A stretch of 64,000 nt of DNA from Octopus vulgaris (taxonomy: Eukaryota): positions 217,186,001 to 217,250,000 of the forward strand of contig OX597814.1 of the NCBI GenBank assembly GCA_951406725.2, given 5' to 3'. The notes below the pieces were generated by a model. The model had not been told where the DNA came from and searched no databases. It worked only from the letters and a program-made list of their open reading frames with translations. Position numbers and translations under genes: made by a program. Positions 12,291 to 26,318 of the stretch are shown here, piece after piece; positions within the stretch are counted from its first letter, which is position 1, and every line of letters starts with the position of its first letter.

Positions 12291-12876
12291 ACGTACTATG
12301 GCTATACATATGACACAAGAGAAATGTTGCGTTTTATCTTTTGTTTGTATTTAAGGACATGCATTTGAAGAAGAAAAAATTGGTGCGCCGCTTACAATTT
12401 TCTAAACAAAAATTAGAATAGTGTGTTTAGAATAACTGAAGAAATTCAAGCAACTTATCATTTGAGCAAATGGATAACAAAATACAAAAAAAAAACCAAA
12501 AACAAAAAGCAAAAAAACCCCCTACCTTTGAAAGTTGAGGCTTGCCATGGTTATAATTTAATGAGAACTGAAAAGAATATAAAAACAATTTGAAACAAAT
12601 TAGATAACAGTGATTCACTTTTATAGCGGTACTGAGATTATTATTCCTATAACACTTTCTAAATTTGAATGAAATTATACCAGAAGGCTATCGTATCAAC
12701 ATGTTATGAGTTAATGCGTCAGATACAAATTAAAGACACAGCAAAAGATGTAGTTTAATGTTTGCGTCGTATAAATAAAACTCAGCTTTTTATCGTATCG
12801 TTCAGTAACTGCTGGGAGATAAGAAACTCACACGGTTATTTTGGTAAGTGGCAATCTATATGGTATCTATATTCAA

Positions 12877-13259
12877 GTGGAGGCGCAATGGCCCAGTGGT
12901 TAGGGCAGCGGACTCGCGGTCATAGGATCGCGGTTTCGATTCCCAGACCGGGCGTTGTGAGTGTTTATTGAGCGAAAACGCCTAAAGCTCCACGAGGCTC
13001 CGGCAGGAATGGTGGTGATCCCTGCTGTACTTTTTCACCACAACTTTCTCTCACTCTTACTTCCTGTTTCTGTTGTACCTGTATTTCAAAGGGCCGGCCT
13101 TGTCACTCTCTGTGTCACGCTGAATATCCCCGAGAACTACGTTAAGGGTGCACGTGTCTGTGGAGTGCTCAGCCACTTACACGTTAATTTCACGAACAGG
13201 CTGTTCCGTTGATTCGGATCAACCGGAACCCTCATCGTCGTAACCGACGGAGTGCTTCC
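12877..13259 (+). mobile_element. SINE family A, full length
   Basis: TSD atctatattcaa 12865-12876/13260-13271. Confidence 0.92.
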
Positions 13260-13349
13260 ATCTATATTCAAACACACGCGTGTAGACATATTAGCTTTTC
13301 CCCTCTATATTTGTAATACTGCTCTCTAATATTGATTTCACCATTTTTC

Positions 13350-13790
13350 CGTAAAGCCAACGATTTCAGGGGAGGGGTAAGTCGATTAAATCGACCCCCA
13401 ATGTTTAACTGGTACTTATTTTATCGATCCTGAAAGGATGAAAGACGATGTCGACCTCGGTGGAATTTGAACTCAGAACGTGAAGGCGGATGAAATCGCC
13501 GCTAAGCCTCTTGCTCGACGTGCTAATGATTCTGCCGGTTCGCCGTTTTGCTGATCTCTGACATTAGATCGAAGATTCAGGCGGCGAGCTGGCAGAACCG
13601 TTAGCACGCCGGGTGAAATGTTTAGCGGCATTTCGTCCGACCTCTCGTTCTGAGTTCAAATACAGCCGAGTCAACTTTTGCCTTTCATCCTTTCGGAGTT
13701 GATAAAACAAGTAGCCGAGGATTGGGTTCGAAGTAAGCGACTCACCTCACCACCCAAAATTGTTGGCCTTGTGCCAAAATTTGAAACCAA
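13350..13790. mobile_element. Two head-to-head SINE family D copies (13350-13545 minus; 13578-13790 plus)
   Basis: gtcgacctcggtggaatttgaactcagaacg and ggcggcgagctggcagaaccgttagcacgccggg motifs. Confidence 0.8.
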
Positions 13791-16700
13791 GGATAAAAAT
13801 GAAGTGAGAAAATGCCACCGATGAATACGACCTCCATACTTAGTGGTTATCAACTCCACTTGGAGGACAGTAAAGTTGGCTGCAAAACGATTTGATCAGA
13901 GAACGCAAGTAACGCAGCAATCGTAACAAAAAATGTGAGGTCTTTTGTCTGGAAGCATTAAGAATATAAAATGCATTATATATTAACTCCCACATCTTCT
14001 TCATGTAACTATCGAAGCAATTTTGGAACTACGTTTTAAGATTCAGTTTGTCTCCAACCATGGGCCCACTTTAACACAACGATTGCTTTAGAGCTTTAAA
14101 AGGGTGTATTTCAGAAGAGATAAAGTGTGTCTATTTCGGAATGTAGGCAGTGAATTAGTAAAGTTGTTACAATGCAAGATGGATTGCCTTTGTAGGATGG
14201 ATAGTATTTGTTTCAGTTCTTTACGTCCTGAGTTCAAATACACAAAGGTCACCTCTTCTTTTTATTCTTTCAGAGTTGAAGAAATAAAGTGCCATTGAAA
14301 AACGTTATTTTGCAAAATTATTAGAGCATTAGACGACATGTTTTAAGGTATTGTTCTTGTGTGGTGCATTTAATCGTTGTTCGGCTTAACATGGCCTCCT
14401 CGTCATTGGGTGCCTTTGGCAAAATTATATCAGTTGCAAACATTTGGGCTAAACTCCAATTTGAGAATAAAATCCTCTCTTTCTCTCACTAATTTCGGAG
14501 CACCTGGAAAAATAAAGGGCCATGGACGTTGCCCTTTCCGTTCTGAATATATGGTAAAAAAATAATATAGCATTTTGCAAAGAATATGTGAGTTGATATA
14601 GTCTAAGGAGGACTGATTGGATGCAGTGATTAAAGTAGAAGGGGATGACGTAAAGGGTAAGACATGATATTGTTAATAAAATAAAATTCACAAATCAAAT
14701 AAATTACTTGTTTCATTATAAATCCGTTTAAAAACTTAATTGTCCAATAATAATTCATTCATTTGTTTCGATGACTATCGCACAGGAGATACATTTCCGG
14801 AAAACTGAATCAATCAGCTATTGATCTTCATGAAAGATGAACGATACGTAACAACTTTGATCAAATTTCCTATATATTTGTGGCTTTAAATATGAATAAG
14901 TATTAAGGATTCTAACAAATAAATTCGAAAAACCATAACAACTTTTAAAAATATTTCTAAGACTTTCATTCAAACGAATTTGCTCTGTATTTACAAGCAA
15001 TTAATATGATCTGATATTCTGATATTTGCTGGGGTTTTTTTTTTAGTTGAATTTATAAATAGAACGATTACCTGATCTAGGGATTCAAGTTTCCTTTTTA
15101 AATCTCACCGAGGCTCTAGTGTTTCGTTTATTTTTAATGATTTGAACCAAACCGGTGTTACTTAAACACGAGTCCCTATCTTATAGAACTTAATGCATCC
15201 AAGTGTTTTGTAGACATCTCTGTAATGAATATCACCTTATATTGAGCAGATATATATACAAGCGACCGCTTAGATCATCATGACAACATGAAAACTACCA
15301 TGTTCATCGATCGAGAAATCCTCTCCGAGGTCACTCATATGTGGCGTTCTGTTTCATAGTTGTTAATATACAACAAATTATTTTGAACCAAAGTCTAAGA
15401 AAATTCAACAATGAGCTACGTTAATTAATATCGAAGAATGAGAATGAGTGGTCAACACTGCATTGGTGGATAATAATTCTTTATTTATGGATTAAGGCTA
15501 CCATTGGTTTCACGTCAGAGTAGCACCGGAGTGTACCATCAGTGTCAACCGACTATATAAACTATATTATATGTACTGAAAACTTTTCTCCCATTTCTAC
15601 ATCCATACATATGTGTATATGTGTATATACCCATATACATATAGATACAAACATTGATATAGCCATACGTGTATGTGTGAACAAGAATTGTGTGTGGATG
15701 TTTGTATAAGAATGTGTGCATGAATGAATAAATATTTAGGTATAATATAAATTAAATTATGAAACCAAAAAGCATATTAATATCGTAACCCCCACCACCC
15801 ACATCTGTACGATTCCCCACAGTGTTTCTGACATGACCCTGTACTAAACACAATGCTTCTTTTCTTTATAACAAATATACCGGAACTTTTTCCCCTCGCT
15901 ATTTTGTTTATACTAGAATCTCTGTCCTTAATGACTTGAAACCAAATATCTTCAGAAATGCTTATTTTTCTGTTACAAATTTTTCATAGAAATATGGGTT
16001 CATGAATGTGGATGTGTGTATAGAGGCCACAGGGTTGGTTATGTCAATGTATTTACATCCATCCGCATGACAATGTGGGAACATATTGAATGAAGAATTG
16101 CGTGTTCATGCATGGGTATGTCTATGCTTGAACAGTGTGTTGTAGAACATGTATGTATATATGTATATATGAATATGCGTTACATCATTCACTATACTGT
16201 GCCTCTATGTATATCGTTGCTGTACACAAACACACACACTCATATATATCAATATCAATGTGCATGTGTGTAAATCATTTACTATAGAGCGACGAGGAAT
16301 GTATGCACGAATATACGCATGAATATATTATTTACAATACGTTTTTTTCAGTTACCTTAATTCATTTGTGCCTTTGGGAATGGATAACGTATATGCTTAT
16401 ATTACTTCCACGTGTTTATGCTACTGAGTTTTGGTCAGCTTGCAAGAAAAGAATAGCCAAGCAAGAATTGTAGCAACACTTAAAACTAAAATCTATATTT
16501 CGCCCGAATGCTCATCAGTTTGTTAAGCTAGCCCAGTTTAACCATGGACTCTTTCCCTCCAGCCACTTCAACTTTGTATTATAAAATTAACTGTGGAAAG
16601 CGAAGAAAAAGAAAAGGCTTCCCATAGAAAAGTCTGGTTGTTCAATGCAGCTTTGATAAAAATCTGGTATAAGTATCTGCCTCTTGGTACCTCTTGTTTG

Positions 16701-16914
16701 TGTCAGCAAAGTTAAGTAATTTGTCCTAACTATGAACTTGCCTTATATTCTAACCACTATTCAACCTTAAGAGGAAACATTGTATGTAGCCTGACTGTTG
16801 TTGGGTGAATTCAACAGAGAACAAATAATACACACTAGCTCGGATTTAAAGGGTGGATGGTATATTATGGTTTGATGATCATATTTTATATTTTCAAATA
16901 CGTTAAATGAAAGA

Positions 16915-17263
16915 CATTGCTGCTGAGACCCCCTTCGGTCATGACTGACCGTGGGATTGCACCTAGAAAGTTAGCCTCCCAGTTACAAGTCCGGGCAAGG
17001 TTGTTTATGGAAGACCAGCAGTCGCCCATGCATACCGGCCTCCTCTCTCCACACCACTGATGTTATCCAAGGGAAAAGCAAAGGGGTCGATACAGATTGG
17101 CACCTGTGACGTCGCAACTCATTTCTACAGCTGAGTGAACTGGAGCAACGTGAAATAAAGTGTCTTGCTCAAGAACACAACACGCAGCCCGGTCCGGGAT
17201 TCGAACTCACAACCTCACGATCGTAAGCTCGACGTTCTAACCACTGAGCCATGCGCTTTCACA
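16915..17263 (-). mobile_element. SINE family C (tRNA head plus CORE-like domain), full length
   Basis: TSD taaatgaaaga 16904-16914/17264-17274; gttcgaatccc B box; gtgttcttgagcaagacactttatttc...cagctgtagaaatgag CORE-like body. Confidence 0.88.
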
Positions 17264-17854
17264 TAAATGAAAGAGATAGCTGTAAACAAATGTGAAAACT
17301 AACGTTTTGCTTGCCAGCAGTTCGTCTTTTGTTCAACTGGCGCATATACTTTTAAAGAGAAGGGTTAGCAATTATACATAATAATTATGAATCTAGTAAT
17401 TAAAAGAAACTAAAATTATATCATAAAAACGTATAGAAACAAGCAAGAACAAAATTCTGATCAACAATTTGTTGTTCTCAGTCCTAATGCTTCAAAACAA
17501 TTTCAGTCAAAGTATTTGAACTTAACTTTACATTGATGTTTATCTGATTCTCTCATGGAAAACTGGACACTCTGCTTCACATCGCATAGGACTTTCAGAT
17601 TGCCATAAGGAAAATATCAAAGAAATATGTCTCCATTTTCATAGATTTAAATCTAATCTGTTTTCTTCGCAAGTTTTACTAAGAATAAAATTATCTCTCT
17701 CAATTCTTTACTGAGAACGTAAAAATATTTTTTCAGCTGCAGCCATTCAGCATACGTACATAATCTAATAGATGGTGGGAAATGAAGGAAAACTATGAAG
17801 ACGGTCTCTGTTTTCCTACAACATCCAATACACTTTCAGTTGGACATATTCTAT

Positions 17855-18236
17855 GGAAGCACTCCGTCGGTTACGACGACGAGGGTTCCGGTTGATCCGA
17901 ATCAACGGAACAGCCTGCTCGTGAAATTAACGTGTAAGTGGCTGAGCACTCCACAGACACGTGTACCCTTAACGTAGTTCTCGGGGATATTCAGCGTGAC
18001 ACAGAGAGTGACAAGGCCGGCCCTTTGAAATACAGGTACAACAGAAACAGGAAGTAAGAGAGAGAAGTTGTGGTGAAAGAGTACAGCAGGGATCACCACC
18101 ATCTCCTGCCGGAGCATCGTGGAGCTTTTAGGTGTTTTCGCTCAATAAACACTAACAACGCCCGGTCTGGGAATCGAAACCGCGATCCTACGACCGCGAG
18201 TCCGCTGCCCTAACCACTGGGCCATTGCGCCTCCAC
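17855..18236 (-). mobile_element. SINE family A, full length
   Basis: TSD ggacatattctat 17842-17854/18237-18249. Confidence 0.92.
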
Positions 18237-19059
18237 GGACATATTCTATATGCTTATACAGAAAGTATCGTTCTCAAAGTGGACTGGGACAGATGAACGT
18301 CATTTTTAGTCTGTTGACTCAAAATTAAAATAAGCTGGGACTAAGCCGCCAAGAAACAGCATTTAACAATTTCTAAAGAACTGTAAATGAACTAGAGAAA
18401 GAAAAAAAGGATTAAATACAACTTGACCACAAGTACTTAACAACAACTGACCATACTGTTTTTGTTGGAAAAGATTGCAACACTGATATAAAAAGACACT
18501 TTAAATGGAGACTGTTACGATATCGACAGACTGAAACAAAGATAATTCAATTCTATGTTTGTGAGAAGGGATTTATTCTCGCTCGGTACTATAAACTATT
18601 AGCGTTATGTTGATAGCTTTTTGCTCCACACATTCACATTTCTTGTATTTGCAATAGGAATTCACTATTTCTGAATATATGTGCGTCATATGATTTTGTT
18701 TAGAAGATATGATATGATTATTGGATGTCGACCTTAAGTTAATTACTGTAACATTTAATTAATTATCATAATCCATTAAATGAAAATTAAAACTTTGCAG
18801 AAGCAAACTTCCACCACCACCACCACCACCCACCTATATTGCGGCTTATACTCTTGTTATTAAATTCATAGTGTCACGATTAGATTTGTATTTATACAAT
18901 CTAATTATAATACTCATTAATATATGTACTATGCATAATACATAATTAATCTCAGACGCAAACAACTGTGTAAATACATCTCCCCCACACTCTCTCTCTC
19001 TCTCTCTCATACACACACATATCAGGGAACATGTATTATGTATATAAATGAAAATTAAT

Positions 19060-19142
<83 letters not shown>

Positions 19143-19289
19143 CATGCGCATGCAAACGCACAGAACTCGAAGTTGATTGAGTTATAATAGCGTATAAAAA
19201 CTGGATTAGAAAAATGCATACATAAATATATACATGCATACATACGTACAAACGTACGTATGTACGTACATACATACATACATACAGGA

Positions 19290-19419
19290 TAATTTTTTTT
19301 TAAACCTAGTACTTATTCTATCGGTCACTCTTGCCGAACCGCTAAGTGACAGGGACGTAAACACACCAGTATCGGTTGTCAAGCGATCTTGGGGGTACAA
19401 ACACAGACACACAAACACA

Positions 19420-19485
<66 letters not shown>

Positions 19486-19656
19486 CTCACACGGCGGGCT
19501 TCTTTCAGTTTCCATCTACCAAATCCACTCACAAGGCTTTGGTCGGCTCGAGGCTATAGTAGAAGACACTTACCCAAGGTGCCACGCAGTAGGACTGAAC
19601 TCGGAACCATGTGGTTGGTAAGCAAGCTACTTACCACACCAGCCACTCCTGCGCCT
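19290..19656 (-). mobile_element. SINE family B
   Basis: Matches 41059-41507; internal (CA)n(TA)n. Confidence 0.85.
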
Positions 19657-19726
19657 ATACATACATACATACATACATACATACATACATACATACATAC
19701 ATACATACATACATACATACATACAT

Positions 19727-22217
19727 GTATCAGACTGCCAAAAGAGAAGCTAGGAGACAGGTTTATTTAGCCAGAGGGGAAGCAGATAAGAAAAAATTTG
19801 CCAATGTTCTGCGCCGTGAGGACCAAAGACTTGAGGTATTTCGCGTTGCAAGACAGTGTGCGAGAGAGAATCGTGATGTGGTAGGAGAGAAATGTGTTCG
19901 CATGGATGATGGTTCACTTGCGCTAAATGAGGATGCAAAGAGAGAGGTTTGGGACGCCACTATGAAAGGTTGCTGAATAAAGAAAATGAATGGGATAAAG
20001 AGAGTCTGCCGAATGTCGACTCAACAGAGGGACCAGCTATCCGAGTTGGCAGTTCCTTGGTAGTTAAGGTAATAAGAGGCATGAAGACAGGGAAAGCCCC
20101 AGGCCCATCAGGAATCACTGCAGAGATGCTCAAAATATCTGGTAGTGTCGGCTATAACCTAGTCACCCGTATAGTTAACCAGGTGATACACGAAGGAGTC
20201 ATACCCAATGACTGTGTAGCAGCATAATAGTCAACTGCTACAAAGGTAAAGGTGACGCCCTAGATACAAATAACTACAGGGGTATCAAGCTGCTGGATCA
20301 GGTAATGAAGGTTACGGAGAGGGTCATAGCCCAACTAATTAGAGAGAGAGTTAGTTCAGATGAGATGCAGTTTGGATTCGTGCCAGGGAAAAGCACCACT
20401 GATGCCATATTCCTGGTAAGACAGCTGCAGGAGAAATATCTAGCCAAAGATAAGCCCCTGTACCTGGCTTTCGTTGACATTGAGAAAGCCTTCGACAGGG
20501 TCCCTCAATCCCTTATCTGGTGGTCAATGAGGAAACTAGGGATAGATGAATGGTTAGTCAGAGCTGTGCAAGCCATGTACAGGGACGCTGCTAGTAAGGT
20601 GAGGGTTGGCAACGAGTACAGTGAAGAATTCCGGGTAGAGGTAGGAGTCCACCAAGGTTCAGTCCTCAGGCCCCCCTATTTATCGTAGTCCTCCAGGCAA
20701 TAACGAAGGAATTCAAGACAGGATGCTCCTGGGAGCTCCTCTATGCTGATGACCTTGCTCTAATTGCTGAGTCACTATCAGAACTGGAGGAGAAGTTTCA
20801 AGTGTGGAAGCAAGGATTAGAATCGAAGGGCCTTAGAGTCAACCTAGCTAAAACCAAAGTCCTAATAAGTAGGAAGGTAGACAAGTCACAAACGCCTTCA
20901 GGTAGATGGCCTTGCTCGATCTGTAGGAAAGGCGTAGGTAGAAACTCTATAAGATGCACCAAGTGTAAGCTATGGACACATAAGAGATGCACCAACGTTG
21001 AGGGAAGGCTAACTAGGAAGATAGTTTTTGTATGTGGCAGATGCACAGGAGCAATAAACACTGAAAATGCGCAGAGAGCAACTTCCGTCACATTCCAGGG
21101 AGAAAAACTAGAAATAGTTGATAGCTTCCGTTACCTAGGTGACCAAGTCAGTAGCGGGGGCGGGTGTGTTGAAAGTGTAACTGCTAGAGTAAGAATAGCT
21201 TGGGCAAAGTTCAGAGAGCTCTTACCTCTGTTAGGGACAAAAGGCCTCTCGCTCAGAGTAAAAGGCAGACTGTATGACGCATGTGTGCAAACAGCCATGC
21301 TACATGGCAGTGAAACATGGGCCGTGACTGCTGAGGATATGCGTAAGCTCGCAAGAAATGAAGCCAGTATGCTCCGATGGATGTGTAATGTCAGTGTTCA
21401 TACTCGACAGAGTGTAAGTACCTTGAGAGAAAAGTTGGACCTAAGAAGCATCAGTTGCGGTGTGCAGGAGAGACGTTTTCGCTGGTATGGCCATGTGGCG
21501 AGAATGGATGAAGATAGTTGTGTGAAAAGGTGCCACACCCTAGCTGTTGAAGGAACCTGTGGAAGAGGTAGACCCAGGAAAACCTGGGACGAGGTGGTGA
21601 AGCACGACCTTCGAACTTTAGGTCTCACCAAGGAAATGACTAGTGGCCGGGACCTTTGGAAATATGCTGTGCGTGAGAAGACCCGGCAGGACAAGTGAGA
21701 CCATAACCCATGGCCTCAGTCCACTTATGCATACCTCTCCTTCTTGGGACACAAAACTCTACTTGTGAAGACCTGTTGAGGCAAGTGAAAATCAAAATCA
21801 AAATCAAAATTCAAAATCGATCAACATGAATGGAAATTGTAGCTGTGATACCAGCGCCGGTGGCACATAAGAGAACCATCCGAACGTGGCCGTTGCCAGC
21901 GCCGCCCCGACTGGCTTCCGTGCCGGTGGCACGTAAAAAGCACCATCCGATCGTGGCCGTTTGCCAGCCTCGCCTGGCCTCCGTGCCGGTGGCACGTAAA
22001 AAGCACCATCCGATCGTGGCCGTTCCCAGCCTTGTCTGGCACCTGTGCCGGTGGCACGTAAAAATCACCCACTACACTCATGGAGTGGTTGGCGTTAGAA
22101 AGGGCATCCAGCCGTAGAAACACTGCCAGATCAGGCTGGGCCTGGTGCAGCCTTCTAGCTTCCCAGACCCCAGTAGAACCGTCCAACCCATGCCAGCATG
22201 GAAAGCGGACGCTAAAC

Positions 22218-22250
<33 letters not shown>
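19727..22250 (+). mobile_element. 5'-truncated RTE-clade LINE; frameshifted RT ORF (19727-21698), 3' UTR and (GAT)n tail
   Basis: KAPGPSGI, NYRGIKLL, QFGFVPGKSTTDAIF, FVDIEKAFDRV, GVHQGSVL, YADD at ~20742, FRYLG, GRGRPRKTW; frameshifts near 19950, 20215 and 20670-20705. Confidence 0.93.
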
Positions 22251-22294
22251 ATATATATATATATATGTATATAGACATATATATATGTCTATAT

Positions 22295-22361
<67 letters not shown>

Positions 22362-23444
22362 ATTATGCACATTTCTGGTACTGATGAGTCAGCTCCATTC
22401 TCTCTTTCCTATACGTGTACTTGAATGGGCATATACATACATCCCCGTTTATGCGCTTTTACAGCTACATACATACAATGTGTATGTAGATGTGTGAAGA
22501 TGCGACGTAGAATTCTATGCAATCAAAAAATCGTGAAGATAAATATCTGCTGCGATGTTTCATTTGTTAAGCACACTAAACTATATTTCTAACAATACTT
22601 CATTAGGATATAAAAAATATGACGGGACAAACTATTATAATTTTTTTGTTTGTTTCATCAACGTTTGATACCATCTGCTTTTAATTACCCTCTCTTCAGG
22701 AACTTTCTTTCTATTATATAAACATTTATACCTATCCGTATATATAGTTACAAACATAAATACTTATTTTTATGTATTATCATACACTCACGCTGCCAAC
22801 GCAGACACATACATACACACTTATACGACACATACATTTGTATGTGTGCGTTTGCGTATGTACGTATGTTTGTGACATCATATATTGTAAACACACACGC
22901 ACACACACCATCTCTTTCTCTTTTTCTCTCCTTCCACACACGCACAATCAAACACATTCTCTCTGTCTGTCTCTTAACACACACACACACACACATACAC
23001 ACACACACACACACATGCACGGATTCTTCTAAAAGTCTGAGTTTATTAATGTATTAACAGCTGTATTGTCAGTTTATTATTTAATAGTATAAAGAAATAT
23101 ATATAAATGAAGATACCTCAATTATATAATTTTAAAAAAACTACTCTCCCTTATGTTTGATAAGTTGAAAAGTGGAATTCAAGCAAACGCATCACTCTGA
23201 AATATACGCACACATACAAAAATACAGAAAAAAAGCCCCCAAAGAAACAAACATGACATATAAGTATATTCAAACGCGTTCATACTTTGAAAGATTAACA
23301 GAGAAGCAGATGGTTTGAACAAATATTATGAAATATGTTATGTCGTCATTTTTGAAGACAGTTTATCAAAAAAACTAATACTAAAAGAACTAAGGAGAAA
23401 ACTTCTATGTGGTCAACCGAACTGCTCGAAATAATATCCATAGT

Positions 23445-23660
23445 GTATGTTTGTGTGTCTGTGATTGTCCCCCTAGCATTGCTTGACAACCGATGCTGGT
23501 GTGTTTACGTCCCCGTCACTTAGCGGTTCGGCAAAGAGACCGATAGAATAAGTACTGGGCTTACAAAGAATAAGTCCCGGGGTCGAGTTGCTCGATTAAA
23601 GGCGGTGCTCCAGCATGGCCGCAGTCAAATGACTGAAACAAGTAAAAGAGTAAAAGAGTA
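23445..23660 (+). mobile_element. SINE family B, 3' half
   Basis: Ends gactgaaacaagtaaaagagtaaaagag like other copies. Confidence 0.88.
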
Positions 23661-24346
23661 TATCTCTCTCAGCTCAGAGAAAGAAGAAGAAGAAGAAAAA
23701 AAGAAAACAGAATGGTCAAGGCCAGAATCTTTTGATCCCATGCTTAAACCAAAGAAAACTTGTATCTAAACAACAACAGCTACAACAAAAATACAACTGA
23801 ACTGCCAGGTTCAAATCCAAGTTTCATAACTGTCAACCAAGGTGAAGATCCGACTAATCCATGAAAGTAATATAATGGTATCCAAGATGTAAGATAATCC
23901 TAGAATTAAGATAGTCCAATATATTGGCTGGAGAGACGTGGAGAGTCCGAATGAGCGTAGGATAGTAAAGCAAAGCAAATACAAAAAAAACCCCCAAAAA
24001 ACAAAACAAAGTCCAAGAATGTCCTTTGGACTTTTGTTGTTTTTTGTTATGTGTACTGGCTTTGTTTTATAACTGACGCCATCTTAGCTTTTGCCGTTGT
24101 TTCTGGGGTTTTTTTTTTCAGTCCCATGTCAATCCCAACAGAGCCAATATATTTTCAGAAGCGTTCTAGCCATGACCGACACGTCTTTCCAGATGGTTTA
24201 TCTTATGCTACTTTAACATATATCCTTCCCTTTTTATATCTAGAAAGATTTGGTTGCTATTTCTAGCAGATCACGCCATTACGTGATGGTTTCCATATTG
24301 TTTTTTTTGTTGCTGTGCGGCATCACAAAATATGTTAAGTTAAGTT

Positions 24347-24983
24347 CGGCCCAGTGCATCCATGCTGCCAACAAAGCACGCGGAGTTCTGTTTTTGATTC
24401 GGCGGTCATTCGGAATGCTCACAGCAGCCATATTCCTGTGTCACGCTGGTGAGACCCATATTGGAGTACGGGATTCAAGCCTCTTCTCCTTATCTCCTCA
24501 AAGACATACATCATCTCGAAAGAGTCCAGAAGCTGGCTACCCGCATGCTTCTTGGTCTCAAGAATTTGTCTTATGAAGAAAGGCTGAAGACGCTTGACCT
24601 TTATTCTCTAGAAAAACGACGACGCCGTGGTGAACACATTCTCGCTCACAACATCATAAGCGGAAAGTGTAACCTCTCGAAAGAGCTGGTCTTCACTCCT
24701 GCTCCAGAGCGTCGGCTGCGGGGTCACTCCGAAAAGCTCTATCTGCGACGATTTCATCTCAATCGAAGGAGAGGGACTTTCTCCGTCCGGGTTGCGGATC
24801 CGTGGAATAAGCTGCCAGACGAGATAGTGAAGATGCCGACGACCGCTAGGTTCAAAGTCTCTCTTGACCAGAAATGGCCTGAACTCTTTGCATGAACACC
24901 TTCCCTGTACATAACTCCATGTCCCCCTACATGGCCTTGCTTTTTGCTTTTTGAGCCAAAAAATTAACTTAACTTAACTTAAC

Positions 24984-24985
<2 letters not shown>
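24347..24985 (+). mobile_element. 3' end of a CR1-clade LINE
   Basis: AANKARGVLFLIRRSF, RPILEYGIQASSPYLLKDIHHLERVQKLATRM, SYEERLKTLDLYSLEKRRRRG; (AACTT)4 tail 24966-24985. Confidence 0.9.
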
Positions 24986-25013
<28 letters not shown>

Positions 25014-25014
<1 letters not shown>

Positions 25015-25330
25015 GAAAAGGAGAAACTTTCAAAATACAAAGACCTGGAAATAGAAGTAACTCGAATATGGAATCTAAAAACAGAAACAATTCCTATCAT
25101 AGTAGTCGCATTAGGTATGATAAAAAAATATTCTGACAAATACATAACAAAAACATCAGGACTTACAAATATATATAACATACAGAAAATTGCACTACTG
25201 GACACTGCACGCATCCTACGCAAAACACTTTCAATACAGTAACCATAAGAGCATCACAGCACATGCCCAAGGCACACAGAGCTGCGCTCGGTAGTGAAGT
25301 GAACGCTATAAAATTAAAACTACTGAATAA
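25014..25330 (+). mobile_element. 3' end of an R4/Dong-like non-LTR element in (TAA)n
   Basis: Translates KEKLSKYKDLEIEVTRIWNLKTETIPIIVVALG...IQKIALLDTARILRK; same 3' UTR in reverse at 49526-49663. Confidence 0.85.
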
Positions 25331-25402
25331 TAAACAACAACAACAATAACAGTAATAATAATAATGATAATAATAATAATAATAATATCATCATCATCAT
25401 CA

Positions 25403-25459
<57 letters not shown>

Positions 25460-25789
25460 TTTCTTCAGTTTTTTTTTCCATTTCTTGCCGAGTGTCTTAT
25501 TATTATTCGATTTTGCCTTTCGGGTTGATAAAATAAGCACCAGCTGGGCACCGAGGTTGATGTAATCAATTTATCCTCTCCCCGAAAATTGTTGGCCATG
25601 TGCCAAAATTTGAAACCAGTATTTTACATTCAATACTGTGGTATTGGATCGGCAGATTCGGTAGCACGGTGGGTGAAATCTTTAACGGTATCTATTTGTC
25701 CCTTAACGTTCTAAGTTCAAATTCCAGTCTGCGGCCGATAAACTATAGTACCAGGGAAGTACTACAATCGACTAACAACCTCATAGTAA

Positions 25790-26318
25790 TACAGTTCTAT
25801 CTTTCAGAGATGAGGAATTATGTACATTATTTATATTTTAATTTATGCTTTTTTCCAACGGTTGTAATGGATCCTCTCACGGACGAGGGCGTGTCCTGCC
25901 CTTTTCGCTACTCTTCTAGCTTTGTATGAATCCACTGGTGTCATTATACTCAAGCCAGGTGGTATTAGCTTTGAGTCTCTACATCTACACAGGAAATATC
26001 CGTCAATCTTTATATATAAAACTGTAGTTCTGTGAGTGTCTGTCCCCTTCGATTTAGATTCCTAACTACTCCCACATTTTGCGGTGCAGTTTAACCAAAT
26101 TCGGGTATCTTATAGTCGTGATTCATATCGAACCCTTCTGGGTATTAGCGCTTGTCTACGATGAGTCTACGATTTTAAAAATAATTTACCATCATTTCTT
26201 TCCATTTTTAATGCATTTTTTGCTATTTTTTGGCTATAACTTTCTAAAAATGCTGTATAGTTATTTCCCTTACAAACCCGAGCAACGCCGGGCGATACTG
26301 CTAGTTGTAAATAATGTA
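25790..26318. mobile_element. TSD-flanked element with short inverted termini, hosting a Helitron
   Basis: 13-bp direct repeat aacctcatagtaa 25777-25789/26319-26331; tacattatttata vs tgtaaataatgta. Confidence 0.65.
26007..26304 (+). mobile_element. Non-autonomous Helitron
   Basis: A|TC start, subterminal hairpin cccgagcaacgccggg, CTAG|T end; second copy at 53290. Confidence 0.88.

Noticed and set aside
15495-15545. Minus-strand CUGAUGG...GAAACCAAUGGUA followed by AATAAA
   Set aside because: A9 mutated, no stem I and weak stem II; at most a relic
13800-16900. Repeat-poor stretch that might hide host exons
   Set aside because: No ORF with recognisable protein similarity; small exons cannot be excluded without RNA-seq
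17185-17262. tRNA gene candidates at SINE heads
   Set aside because: They run directly into SINE bodies with TSDs and lack a proper acceptor stem
21850-22070. CRISPR-like regularly spaced repeats
   Set aside because: Eukaryotic LINE 3' UTR; spacers are related to each other; no cas genes
22378-22412. ctgatgagtc after (TA)n
   Set aside because: No stem II or GAAA, although the following cagctccattct resembles the 5850 end
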